A stretch of 64,000 nt of DNA. Origin: Parcubacteria group bacterium (GTDB taxonomy: Bacteria > Patescibacteriota > Minisyncoccia > Moranbacterales > UBA9337). The stretch covers positions 11,835 to 75,834 of the forward strand of contig JBAZSW010000002.1 in NCBI GenBank assembly GCA_041662245.1. The letters run 5' to 3'. The stretch's first letter is position 1; every line of letters begins with the position of its first letter. The translations under genes and the position numbers were made by a program. Under the pieces are notes generated by a model, which was not told the DNA's origin, did not search any database, and worked only from the letters and a program-made list of their open reading frames with translations. Shown here in pieces: positions 1-8,921 of the stretch.

Positions 1-125
1 AAAAGTGCAAATACATCAAATGTATTGACAAATTGAAATATATAAAGTACTTTATATAAAAGGAATTTTAATGCAAAAGATATAAATAACGTCGAAAATA
101 TCGTCATTTATATCGAGCAAATCAT

Positions 126-866
126 ATGATGATTATCAGAGAAGAATATCTATCAAAGCTGGGATTGCCGTATGCACAGGCAAAAATATACACGCTTTTA
201 TTGGAAAAAGGTGAAATGCGGATGCAACAAATCTCCGAGAGCAGTCAAATCAAAAGAACGACAATCTATCCGATCATAAAAAAAATGATTGGTAGCGGTT
301 TAGTAGGGGTGAATATCAAAGGTCGGACGAAATATTATTTTGCAAAAAATCCAGAGATGCTCTTGGATAGAACGCGGGAACAAAAGAATTTTCTCGAAGC
401 GTTGATGCCGCAGATGGCGATGCTTTTTAATGATCACGTCCAAAACGCACACGTGCAATTTTATAATTTACCGGGGGCGATCAAAGCAGTGATAAAAGAA
501 ATAAACACTCTCAATCCGCAAAAAGATGAACTCTTGGCGATTGAAGGCGACATTGAGTCCAGTTTTAAAATCGGATTTGATTTTTGGAAGGATGTTCTCA
601 AAGAAAAAAAACGGCTTGGTATTTCTTCACGAACGATAATCCCAAGTCATGAAAAGGAAAATTTTTTATTGAAAGATCATAAGATCAAATTGCGGACAAG
701 TGCGTCTTTGCAAAATTTCAAGATGTCATTATATCTTCTCCCGCACAAAGTGATTATCATGATCCCCAGCCAAACAATGGCACTAGTTATCGAAAACCAA
801 GTAATAAAAAATGGACTGGAAGACATGTTTGAGCTAATTTGGAAAAGGGCGAAAGTTATCAAATAA
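126..866 (+). CDS. TrmB-family HTH transcriptional regulator
   Basis: N-terminal winged-HTH resembling archaeal/bacterial TrmB sugar regulators (LLEKGEMRMQQISESSQIKRTTIYPIIKKM); 246 aa. Start could be 129. Confidence 0.5.
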   Translation: MMIIREEYLSKLGLPYAQAKIYTLLLEKGEMRMQQISESSQIKRTTIYPIIKKMIGSGLVGVNIKGRTKYYFAKNPEMLLDRTREQKNFLEALMPQMAMLFNDHVQNAHVQFYNLPGAIKAVIKEINTLNPQKDELLAIEGDIESSFKIGFDFWKDVLKEKKRLGISSRTIIPSHEKENFLLKDHKIKLRTSASLQNFKMSLYLLPHKVIIMIPSQTMALVIENQVIKNGLEDMFELIWKRAKVIK

Positions 867-992
867 TTTAAGAATTTTTTCAGTTAGTTCTCCTTTTGAC
901 TGGGGACGCATGATGTGATAGTGTGCAATATTGAACAATGTTTCATGTGGAGATGTATTTTAAAAAACTATCAAATATACGGAGGATATGTT

Positions 993-1310
993 ATGTCACG
1001 AATAATTTCTCAAGAAAGACTGCTAAAAGATGTGTTGAGGGTTTTGAATAATCCTCTGGGAATTCCTCATCTTTCTACTGAGGAGGCATACACGAGGACG
1101 CATGATGATCATGACGGAACCTTTGAAGGCAATCTTACGACGTTTATGTTGAGGGATGGGGATATGGTTGTGACGACTGACAAACACCATGGTCCGCCTA
1201 TGCGTTTCCGAAATTATTTTGGTGGAGGACAAAGTCCGCGTGTATACAATGCGCTTAAAATTTTAGCTCTTGCGATAAAGTTGGACAATGAGGATCGTCC
1301 GCAGAGATAA
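993..1310 (+). CDS. hypothetical protein (105 aa)
   Basis: ORF 915..1310 trimmed to the ATG at 993, which has a GGAGG Shine-Dalgarno at 981-985. No recognisable motifs. Confidence 0.4.
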   Translation: MSRIISQERLLKDVLRVLNNPLGIPHLSTEEAYTRTHDDHDGTFEGNLTTFMLRDGDMVVTTDKHHGPPMRFRNYFGGGQSPRVYNALKILALAIKLDNEDRPQR

Positions 1311-1388
1311 AAGAGGAACAATTAAAACAATTAAGAGTTTCTTCAAAGAAGCTCAAATATTTACATCATTCAATGTGATAAAAGAAAA

Positions 1389-1428
1389 AAGGCAGAAATC
1401 TAATATGATTCCTGCCTTTTATATTTTA
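1389..1428 (+). terminator. rho-independent terminator
   Basis: Stem AAGGCAG ... CTGCCTT followed by TTTTATATTTT. Confidence 0.5.
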
Positions 1429-1560
1429 TGAGAAATTTTTTATTCCAAACTTTTCCACTGTAATTCAAAAATATTTTTTAATATATTGTGATGTTCGGGG
1501 ATTTTTTTGTAAAAATCTCATTAATTGCTAAGTTCTTTAAAAAATAGTAATATAGATACG

Positions 1561-2262
1561 ATGTATAAAGTAAAAATAGAACAATTTGAAGGTCCCTTGG
1601 ATCTCCTTTTGGAGCTTATTAATAAGGAGAAAATGGATATTACCAATATCAGTTTGGCGCAGATTGCCGATCAATATTTGGATTATTTGGAAAAGAAAGA
1701 AGATATCAATATTATGAATCTGGCTGATTTTTTAACGGTGGCTGCAAAATTGATATTGATAAAATCTAAGGCCTTGCTTCCTCTTTTGGATTTGAGTAGC
1801 GAAGAAGAAGACGAAATTTTTGATTTGGAAACGCAGTTAGAAGAATATCGTAAATTTAAATTAGCGGCGATAGAAATTGAAAAGATTTTTAATAATAAAA
1901 ATCAATCTTTTTCTCGAGATAACTTTATCGAAATAGAACCACGTTTTGCTCCACCGGAAGGAATTGGAGCCAGAGAATTAGCTAAAATTTATGAAGATAT
2001 CTTGAGTCAAATTCCGGTTTTGGAAAAACTAGAAGAAGAAAGAATCACAAAAGTTATTTCGCTTAAAGAAAGAATTGATAGTTTAAAAGAGATGCTGACG
2101 AAAAAGGTAGAAATTAATTTTAGCGAATTAGTAAAAAAAGGTGGGGATAAGGTGGAGATTATAGTTTCTTTTCTAGCGGTATTGGAAATGGTTAAAAGAA
2201 GAATCGTAATAGTGGAACAAGGAGAAATGTTTTATGAAATTAAATTAAGAAGAAAAATTTAA
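1561..2262 (+). CDS. scpA: segregation and condensation protein A
   Basis: MYKVKIEQFEGPLDLLLELI... is the canonical ScpA N-terminus. ORF opens at 1525; the start at 1561 is chosen by homology. Confidence 0.8.
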   Translation: MYKVKIEQFEGPLDLLLELINKEKMDITNISLAQIADQYLDYLEKKEDINIMNLADFLTVAAKLILIKSKALLPLLDLSSEEEDEIFDLETQLEEYRKFKLAAIEIEKIFNNKNQSFSRDNFIEIEPRFAPPEGIGARELAKIYEDILSQIPVLEKLEEERITKVISLKERIDSLKEMLTKKVEINFSELVKKGGDKVEIIVSFLAVLEMVKRRIVIVEQGEMFYEIKLRRKI

Positions 2263-2296
2263 AACCCGTCAGTCGCGACTGACAGGTTAAAATATT

Positions 2297-2854
2297 ATGG
2301 AAAAAGAAAAAATAAAATCAATTATAGAAAGTATTTTATTTGCTCGTGGAGAAGAGATAAGTTTTTTGCAATTAGCTAAAGTTATCGAGGCAAAGAAAAG
2401 TGAGATAACAGTAGCAGTGGAGGAGCTAATAGATGAATATAAAGAAAATAAAAAAGGCTTTAATATTATTAAAAATGGAGAAAATATTCAATTGGTGACT
2501 AATGCGCAAAACGCCGAGTGGGTAGAAAAAACCATCAAAAGAAATTTGCAAGAAAGTTTAAGTCGGACTGCTCTAGAAGTATTGGCGATTGTGGCTTACC
2601 GTGGGCCAGTTTCTCGCGCAGATATTGAAGCTATTCGAGGAGTGAATTCCAGTTTTACCTTACGAAACTTATTGATGAGAGGGTTAATTATTAAAAATAC
2701 TAATGAGAACGATCAGCGTGGTTATCTCTATAATATTTCTGTAGAATTTATTAAAAAAATGGGATTGGGACAAATAGAAGAACTTCCTAATTATGAAAAT
2801 TTGTCCAAAGATAAAAGAGTGGAATCGATTATTAATTTAAATGTAGAAAAATAA
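2297..2854 (+). CDS. scpB: segregation and condensation protein B
   Basis: Tandem winged-helix ScpB pattern (IESILFARGEEISFLQLAKV; ALEVLAIVAYRGPVSRADIEAIRG). Directly downstream of scpA. Confidence 0.8.
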   Translation: MEKEKIKSIIESILFARGEEISFLQLAKVIEAKKSEITVAVEELIDEYKENKKGFNIIKNGENIQLVTNAQNAEWVEKTIKRNLQESLSRTALEVLAIVAYRGPVSRADIEAIRGVNSSFTLRNLLMRGLIIKNTNENDQRGYLYNISVEFIKKMGLGQIEELPNYENLSKDKRVESIINLNVEK

Positions 2855-2860
2855 GCTATT

Positions 2861-3907
2861 ATGGCAAGAAAAATATTTTCAATAAAAATATTAAGTTTGA
2901 TTATTTTTTTGATTTTGTGTGGAGGGGCTTTTTATAAAGGAAAATTTTTGATAGAAAAATATATTTTTAAAAATAATAATGAGAAGCTGGCGACTCCTAT
3001 GGTGATGGGTGAGACAGATTGTAAAGACGAAACTAGTGAAGAATCCTTGGTGAGTAAATACAATTTTCCTGTGGCATCTTATATTCCCGTAAAGAAAGCA
3101 CAAGCGGCTGATTTGACAATATCTAGAGCACACTCTTCTATTATTTTAGATGCAGATAGCGGAACAATTTTGCATTTTGAAAATGCCAAAGAAGAAAGAC
3201 AGATTGCTTCTCTGACAAAGATAATGACAGCTATTTTAGTGGTGGAAAATATAAAAGATTTAGAAAATGAGGCGGTGACTATCGATGAGGAAGCTGTTTA
3301 TGCTGATGGTACTAAAATTGGATGCCCTTCATCAGGAAATTGCATCGGCAATCGTCTCAAGATTGGAGAGGTGATATCGGTTAGCTCTCTTTTTAAAGCA
3401 ATGCTTATGAATAGCGCTAATGATTCAGCCATCGCACTAGCTAAACATATTGGAGGAACTCAGGAAAAATTTGCAGAAATGATGAACGACAAAGTTAAGG
3501 AGTTAGGGCTTAAAAATTCTCATTTCATGACTCCTTCGGGACTTGAAATTGATGGCAAAGAAACTGAAGGCTATTCGAGTGCTTATGATATAGCGAGGAT
3601 TACGGCTTATTCAATGCGGTACAAAATAATTTGGGATACATTTAGAATGCGAAATACTACTATTTATTCTATGGATGGCAAGACATCTCATGATATAATA
3701 AACACAGATAGATTATTAGATGAAATGCCTCAATGCCTAGGAACTAAAACTGGTTTTACTCCACTGGCGGGGAAATCTTTAATGTTGGCTGCTGAAGATA
3801 GCACTAAAAAACATAGAATTATAGCAGTGGTTTTGGATGATCCTTATATGTGGGAAGATATTAAGGAAATGGCTTATTGGGCGTTTAGTTCCTATAATTG
3901 GCAGTAA
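2861..3907 (+). CDS. D-alanyl-D-alanine carboxypeptidase (peptidase S11, PBP5-like)
   Basis: N-terminal TM; SxxK (ASLTK), SxN (SANDSA) and KTG (KTGFT) active-site motifs in the canonical order. Confidence 0.75.
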   Translation: MARKIFSIKILSLIIFLILCGGAFYKGKFLIEKYIFKNNNEKLATPMVMGETDCKDETSEESLVSKYNFPVASYIPVKKAQAADLTISRAHSSIILDADSGTILHFENAKEERQIASLTKIMTAILVVENIKDLENEAVTIDEEAVYADGTKIGCPSSGNCIGNRLKIGEVISVSSLFKAMLMNSANDSAIALAKHIGGTQEKFAEMMNDKVKELGLKNSHFMTPSGLEIDGKETEGYSSAYDIARITAYSMRYKIIWDTFRMRNTTIYSMDGKTSHDIINTDRLLDEMPQCLGTKTGFTPLAGKSLMLAAEDSTKKHRIIAVVLDDPYMWEDIKEMAYWAFSSYNWQ

Positions 3908-3955
3908 AATTAGTAACTAGTAACTCGTAATCAGTAACTAGTAATTAGTAATTAT
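3908..3955. repeat. array of AGTAACT-like heptamers (left arm of inverted repeat)
   Basis: agtaact agtaact cgtaatc agtaact agtaatt agtaatt. A 19-bp core, TAGTAACTAGTAACTCGTA, is perfectly inverted relative to 4021-4066. Confidence 0.7.
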
Positions 3956-3961
3956 TAATAA

Positions 3962-3990
3962 TTGACACTGAAATTAAAAGTGTATATTAT
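3962..3990 (+). promoter_or_regulatory. sigma70-like promoter for murG
   Basis: TTGACA (3962-3967), 17-bp spacer, TATTAT, preceded by a TG. Lies between the inverted heptamer arrays. Confidence 0.5.
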
Positions 3991-4020
3991 GCTAATATTT
4001 TTTAATAAAGTAAAATTTTA

Positions 4021-4066
4021 TCAGTTGCGAGTTACTAGCTACGAGTTACTAGTTACTAGCTACTAA
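4021..4066. repeat. array of AGTTACT heptamers (right arm, inverted)
   Basis: gAGTTACT AGCTACG AGTTACT AGTTACT AGCTACT. Reverse complement of the left arm core. Confidence 0.7.
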
Positions 4067-4071
4067 ATATT

Positions 4072-5178
4072 ATGGCGAGAATAGTTTTAACTGGTGGAGG
4101 AACAGGTGGACACATTTTTCCTCTAATATCGGTAGTGGAAAAATTAAGAGAAAAAGATAAAAACATCGAACTATTATATTTAGGATCAGGTGGGGAATTG
4201 GAAAGAAGAATCATGAAAGAAAATTCTATTGATACTAAATATATAATGAGTGGAAAAATGAGAAGGTATTTCTCTTTAGCTAACGTGATTGATTTCTTTA
4301 AAATACCTATGGGAATCATTCAAGCTCTGTGGCAACTTTTGTGGTATATGCCGGACGTAGTTTTCTCTAAAGGGGGATATGTTTCTGTGCCGGTCGCTTT
4401 GGCGGCTTGGGCTTATTCTATTCCAATTTTAACCCATGAATCAGATGCGATGCCGGGATTAGCTAATCGAATTATCGGAGTAATCTCGCAAAGGATTGCC
4501 ATCTCTTATCCTCACACTAGTAGATATTTTTCTGAGAAAAAGATTCTCTTAACTGGAAATCCTATTAGAACTGATATTGCCAAAGGAGATAAAAGTGTTT
4601 TTTTGGAGAGATTTGCTTTAACTGAGTCTAAGCCGATCATCCTTATCTTGGGGGGCAGTCAGGGTGCACGTAATATCAATGTTGCTATCACTAGTATATT
4701 GAAAGATTTAGTGAGAATCGCTCAAATTATCCATCAGACAGGAGAGGCTAATTATGACGAAACGGTTAAACTTGCTAGGATGGCGGGAATAAAGGAAAAT
4801 CATGATGGTTATTATCCCATTCCTTTTATCAGTTCAGCGGATATGAAAAATGCGTTAAGTGTAGCTGATATAGTTATCAGCAGGGCGGGAGCCAACTCTA
4901 TTTCCGAAATAGCTGCTAATGCAAAGCCAGCAATTTTAATTCCTTTGTCGACAGCTGCCAATAATCATCAAGGAATGAATGCTTATTTTATTACAGAAAA
5001 AGGAGGAGCAATTGTTCTAGAAGAATCTAACATTGGCAGAAGTATGCTGATTCAAAAAATAGAAAAACTTTTAGCTGATAAAAAGGCAATGGAGAAACTA
5101 TCGGAAAATATAAAAGAATTTTATCATGCCGATGCTTCAGATAAGATAGCTCAGGGAATTCTTGATTTAGCTCGATAA
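4072..5178 (+). CDS. murG: undecaprenyldiphospho-muramoylpentapeptide beta-N-acetylglucosaminyltransferase
   Basis: MARIVLTGGGTGGHIFPLISV... is the MurG G-loop. 368 aa, GT28 architecture. Confidence 0.9.
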   Translation: MARIVLTGGGTGGHIFPLISVVEKLREKDKNIELLYLGSGGELERRIMKENSIDTKYIMSGKMRRYFSLANVIDFFKIPMGIIQALWQLLWYMPDVVFSKGGYVSVPVALAAWAYSIPILTHESDAMPGLANRIIGVISQRIAISYPHTSRYFSEKKILLTGNPIRTDIAKGDKSVFLERFALTESKPIILILGGSQGARNINVAITSILKDLVRIAQIIHQTGEANYDETVKLARMAGIKENHDGYYPIPFISSADMKNALSVADIVISRAGANSISEIAANAKPAILIPLSTAANNHQGMNAYFITEKGGAIVLEESNIGRSMLIQKIEKLLADKKAMEKLSENIKEFYHADASDKIAQGILDLAR

Positions 5179-5348
5179 TTGTAGTACGGTGATGAATTGA
5201 GAGGCTTTCTGAAATTTTTTGTTTTAGGTGTTTCTAAAAATATCATTTTTTCTCGCCTTTTACATCCGCATCGGTAGTTTGAAAAAATAATATTTTTCAG
5301 AAACTAAAGTTATGGTAGCTTAAGCACTAAAATGTCGCTAATTTGAAT

Positions 5349-5382
5349 AATCAAGTGGCTTAAAATAACAACCATTAAGCTA
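5349..5382. promoter_or_regulatory. conserved 34-bp hairpin motif (copy A)
   Basis: aatcaagtggcttaaaataacaaccattaagcta with GCTTAA/TTAAGC stem. Repeated with one mismatch at 59073-59106. Confidence 0.5.
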
Positions 5383-5424
5383 GGCGGACAGGAACGATTC
5401 AAAGAATTATTTTATTATAAAATT

Positions 5425-6816
5425 ATGAAGCAAAAGATTTATATAATAAGCATTGAAGGAGCAGGAACCTCGGCCTTAGCTGTGATATATAAAAAATTAG
5501 GATTTGTCGTTGCTGGTTCAGATAATGGTGACCATTTTTATAGAGATATAATGAAAAATAATAGTATTGAAGTTTTTGATGAATATAGTGCTGGTAATAT
5601 TGATAAAAGTATTGATAAAATAATTTATTCTACTTGTGTAAGCGAAAGTAATCCAGAATTTCAAGAAGCTAAAAGAAGAGGAATTCCAATGATGAGCTAC
5701 CCAGAGGCTTTAGCGGAACTTTTCAATCAAAAAATGGGTATTGCAGTTTGCGGAACCCATGGTAAAACTACTACTACTGCTATTTTGGCTTCAGTTTTTA
5801 AAGAATTAGGATTGAAGCCCAGCGCCTTAGTAGGGAGTAAAGTGAAAGATTGGAAAGGAAGTAGCTTAGCGGGCAGTGGCGATTATTTTATCATTGAGGC
5901 TGATGAATATCAAAATAAATTAAAAAATTATAATCCTTGGTCGGTGGTATTAACTAGTATTGATTATGACCATCCGGATTTTTATCCAACTTTTGAGGAT
6001 TACAAGCAAGCCTTTATTGATTTTGTAAAAAAAATTCCTCGGCATGGATTTTTGGTGTATTGTAACGATGATAGTGATGTAGTGGAGGTGGCCAAGAATG
6101 CAATTTGCCAAAAAATTAGCTATGGTTTTAGCGAGGGGAGTATGTGTAAAATTGAGAACTATGATTTTCAAATTAACAACTTTCAATTGAATAATAGTGT
6201 AGGTCAATCTTTTGAAGTTTTTTCTAAAGATAAATCTCTTGGCAAATTTAAGATTGCTCTTCCCGGAAAGCACAATGCACTTAATGCTACGGCAGTAATT
6301 GCCATGTGCAATAAACTTAATTTAAATAATCTGAGAGTGGCTGATGCATTAAAAACATTTCAAGGAACCGTAAGGAGATTCGAATATATTGGAGAAAGTA
6401 AAGGAGCTATTTTAATTGATGATTATGCGCATCATCCCGAAGAAATAAAAACTACTTTAAAAACAGCGAGAAACATATTTCCTCAAAAAAATATTGTTAC
6501 AATTTTTCATCCGCATTCTTTTAGTCGTACAGAAGCATTATTGAGCGAATTTTCTCAAAGTTTTGACAATAGCGATGAGGTTATCGTTTTGGATATTTAT
6601 GGAAGTGCCAGAGAGAGTTCGGGTAATGTTAGCTCACAAGATTTAGTGAGGCTAATTAACAGATATAATCCAAAAAAAGCTCAATATGTACCCACTATTG
6701 AAGAAGCGACAGAAATTCTTCGTAACAGGATAGGGGAAAACGATTTGGTAATATCAATGGGAGCGGGGGACGTCTGGAGGGTAACGCAAGGACTCAAAAA
6801 TAAATATAAAGCGTAA
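5425..6816 (+). CDS. murC: UDP-N-acetylmuramate--L-alanine ligase
   Basis: Mur ligase P-loop GTHGKTTTTAIL. Domain order and length (463 aa) fit MurC. Confidence 0.9.
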   Translation: MKQKIYIISIEGAGTSALAVIYKKLGFVVAGSDNGDHFYRDIMKNNSIEVFDEYSAGNIDKSIDKIIYSTCVSESNPEFQEAKRRGIPMMSYPEALAELFNQKMGIAVCGTHGKTTTTAILASVFKELGLKPSALVGSKVKDWKGSSLAGSGDYFIIEADEYQNKLKNYNPWSVVLTSIDYDHPDFYPTFEDYKQAFIDFVKKIPRHGFLVYCNDDSDVVEVAKNAICQKISYGFSEGSMCKIENYDFQINNFQLNNSVGQSFEVFSKDKSLGKFKIALPGKHNALNATAVIAMCNKLNLNNLRVADALKTFQGTVRRFEYIGESKGAILIDDYAHHPEEIKTTLKTARNIFPQKNIVTIFHPHSFSRTEALLSEFSQSFDNSDEVIVLDIYGSARESSGNVSSQDLVRLINRYNPKKAQYVPTIEEATEILRNRIGENDLVISMGAGDVWRVTQGLKNKYKA

Positions 6817-7040
6817 GTATAGTTTTTAAAATTTATAAGGTTCGTAAAGTCATAAAGTTTTAGATATATATAAAATTTTATGTAGAAACGTGGTGTTGTT
6901 ATATATTTTTTAGACGTAATAAGTTGCCTTTCTGCAGCCTTTATTTTTTTATGTTGCATAATTAGAGGGTCGTGCCAAAGCACTCCAGATGTGCTATAAT
7001 GTACGCAGTAGAGGGTTAAATTTTAAAGAGTGGGCCCATT

Positions 7041-7208
7041 ATGAAAAAGGAGATAAGAAAATTGAATAGAACCTCTAAACATAGTTATTCGGTGGTTATC
7101 CCTAAAGATATAGTTAGAAAATACAAATGGAGAGAGCGGCAGAGACTGATTATAGAGGACAAAGGCAAAGGAATTTTGACTATTTGTGATTTAAAAAGAG
7201 GTAAATGA
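7041..7208 (+). CDS. small AbrB/MazE/SpoVT-fold (swapped-hairpin) DNA-binding protein, 55 aa
   Basis: Not in the ORF track. MKKEIRKLNRTSKHSYSVVIPKDIVRKYKWRERQRLIIEDKGKGILTICDLKRGK carries the SxxVxIPKxxR...G swapped-hairpin signature. A TGcTATAAT extended -10 lies about 30 bp upstream. Confidence 0.5.
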   Translation: MKKEIRKLNRTSKHSYSVVIPKDIVRKYKWRERQRLIIEDKGKGILTICDLKRGK

Positions 7209-7224
7209 AAATATAAATTGGATA

Positions 7225-8160
7225 ATGAATATGGAAATTCAAAAAGATGTTCCCTTGGCTCCTTACACTACTTTTAAAATAGGTGGGAATTCTAAATTTT
7301 TTACAGAAGCTAGGAATAGAGAGGAGATAAAAGAAGCAGTAAATTATGCTCAGAATAATAATCTTAAAATATTTGTATTGGGAGGAGGATCAAATGTTTT
7401 AGTTAGCGATAAAGGATTTGATGGATTGGTGATAAAAATAAAAAATAATGAGATAAAGGTTGATGATATGGAGATAAGTTGTGATGCGGGCGTATCTTTG
7501 ATGAATTTAGTAAATTTTTCAGTAAAAAATGATTTGGTAGGATTGGAATGGGCGGCAGGCATCCCTGGGACAGTGGGTGGCGCGATAAGAGGTAATGCGG
7601 GCGCTTTTGGTGGAGAAATAAAAAATTCTGTAGTAGAAATTGAAGTGTTGGATATAAATAAAAATCCTCTAGAAATAGTAACTTATGATAATAATGAATG
7701 TAAATTTAGCTACAGAAGTAGTATTGTCAAAGAAAACGAAAATTTAATCTTAATTTCAGTTAGACTAAGGCTAAAGAAAAGAGCAGATGAAAATAGCCAA
7801 GATATGATAAAAGAGATAATTGAAAAAAGATTAGCAAGTCAGCCTTCGGAAGCGAGTGCGGGGAGTTTCTTTAAAAATCCCATAGTTACCAAGGATGCAA
7901 TTATTGAAAAATTTCAACATGACACAGAGATGAAAATGAGAGGAGATAAATTGCCAGCGGGATGGTTTATCGATGATCTAGGTTTTAAAGGAAAAAAAAT
8001 TGGAGGAGCTCAGGTAAGCGAGAAGCATGCTAATTTTATTATTAATATAGAAAACGCTAAGGCGGAGGATATAATAATTTTAAGCAGTTTTTTGAAGCAA
8101 AAAGTGCGGGATAGTTATGGGGTGCAGTTAGAGGAGGAAGTGAGCAAGTTGGGTTTTTAA
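7225..8160 (+). CDS. murB: UDP-N-acetylenolpyruvoylglucosamine reductase
   Basis: FAD-binding N-terminus (PLAPYTTFKIGG), GGGSN motif and the MurB C-terminal domain. Confidence 0.85.
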   Translation: MNMEIQKDVPLAPYTTFKIGGNSKFFTEARNREEIKEAVNYAQNNNLKIFVLGGGSNVLVSDKGFDGLVIKIKNNEIKVDDMEISCDAGVSLMNLVNFSVKNDLVGLEWAAGIPGTVGGAIRGNAGAFGGEIKNSVVEIEVLDINKNPLEIVTYDNNECKFSYRSSIVKENENLILISVRLRLKKRADENSQDMIKEIIEKRLASQPSEASAGSFFKNPIVTKDAIIEKFQHDTEMKMRGDKLPAGWFIDDLGFKGKKIGGAQVSEKHANFIINIENAKAEDIIILSSFLKQKVRDSYGVQLEEEVSKLGF

Positions 8161-8225
8161 AAAATAATGATTAATTAAGATAAATTTATATATTTAAGGA
8201 ATATATAAAAATTATCTATAAAGGT

Positions 8226-8576
8226 ATGAACATAAAATATTTGTACAAAAATGTTACGATAATGGATAAACAAAGAGATTACATTGAAAAAAGATTGCTT
8301 TCAATCAAAAAGGTGGTAGATAATATCATAAAAACTGAAGTAGAGGTGGATATGGATAAAAAAGGACTTTTCCGAGTAGAAGTAATGATTCATACTCCTC
8401 GAGATATGTTTCGAGCAGAGGAAACCACAGATAGTGTAGAGGGCTCTATCGATTTGGTAGTAGAAGAATTAAAAACTCAAATTACTAGAAAAAAAGATAA
8501 AATCTGGACTAAAATTATGCGAGGTGCTCGTTCGGTAAAAAAAATGATATCGATTGATAAGGATGCAAGATTTTAA
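8226..8576 (+). CDS. hpf: ribosome hibernation promoting factor / RaiA family
   Basis: MNIKYLYKNVTIMDKQRDYIEKRL resembles the HPF/YfiA N-terminus (GKNIEIT..LRDYVEKKL). 116 aa, short form. Confidence 0.7.
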   Translation: MNIKYLYKNVTIMDKQRDYIEKRLLSIKKVVDNIIKTEVEVDMDKKGLFRVEVMIHTPRDMFRAEETTDSVEGSIDLVVEELKTQITRKKDKIWTKIMRGARSVKKMISIDKDARF

Positions 8577-8921
8577 GTCAATTAAAAATATAGGAATATA
8601 GGAATATGGGAATCTAATATTTCAGAAATATTCTCGATAAAGAAACAAGATACAAGAAACAAGGATACAAACAAAAAACAAATTAAAAATTACAAAAAGA
8701 AGCGGTTTTTTAGTTGAATATTGGAATTTGAACATTGTCTGGAAATTGTTTCTTGTATCCTTGTTTTTTCGCTCCTTTATTTTTTTATGTTCATTTGTTT
8801 TAATGTTACTTTGTTAATATATTAACGTGTTAAAATGCTACGCTATTGACTTTTTCTCTAAAAAATATATCATTAAGTCTGTGGTCATTTGGGACTGGGT
8901 AATTTTTGATTTACTAAAAAT

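Noticed and set aside
677-862. Short minus-strand ORFs nested inside or antisense to well-supported genes. Examples: 677-862, 1023-1232, 2891-3133, 4056-4319, 5950-6273, 6681-6983, 7350-7562, 9111-9308, 12477-12686, 13694-13969, 14246-14503, 14472-14669, 14766-14954, 16059-16268, 23275-23592, 24758-25098, 27500-27703, 28454-28738, 29761-29976, 32285-33849, 35435-35689, 41925-42362, 42747-43274, 45537-46252, 46424-46618, 48163-48996, 49407-50021, 52551-52889, 55741-56997, 58163-58372, 59159-59362.
   Set aside because: Each lies opposite or inside a longer ORF that has clear family motifs. They are low-complexity, lack RBS and show no homology signal, which is typical of antisense ORFs in AT-rich DNA.
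3956-4020. Possible invertible (phase-variable) promoter for murG, because a promoter is flanked by inverted repeats.
   Set aside because: murG is essential and no recombinase gene is nearby. The arms are tandem-heptamer arrays, which are more typical of regulator binding sites, rather than a simple inverted repeat pair. The idea is kept only as a remote alternative inside the murG finding.
8590-8625. GGAAT-rich tracts after hpf (AATATAGGAATATAGGAATATGGGAAT) and after typA (52821-52870, GGGAATATGGGAATTTGAGAATTTAGGA) sharing a 13-mer.
   Set aside because: Simple low-complexity tandem pentamers. A shared 13-mer is within chance expectation for an AT-rich 64-kb window. They are not treated as a repeat family.
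8641-8766. Imperfect inverted repeat (ACAAGAAACAAGGATACAA ... TTGTTTCTTGTATCCTTGT) upstream of rplU.
   Set aside because: It may be a leader hairpin for the L21 operon, but it is A-rich and imperfect with no known motif, so it was not promoted to a finding.
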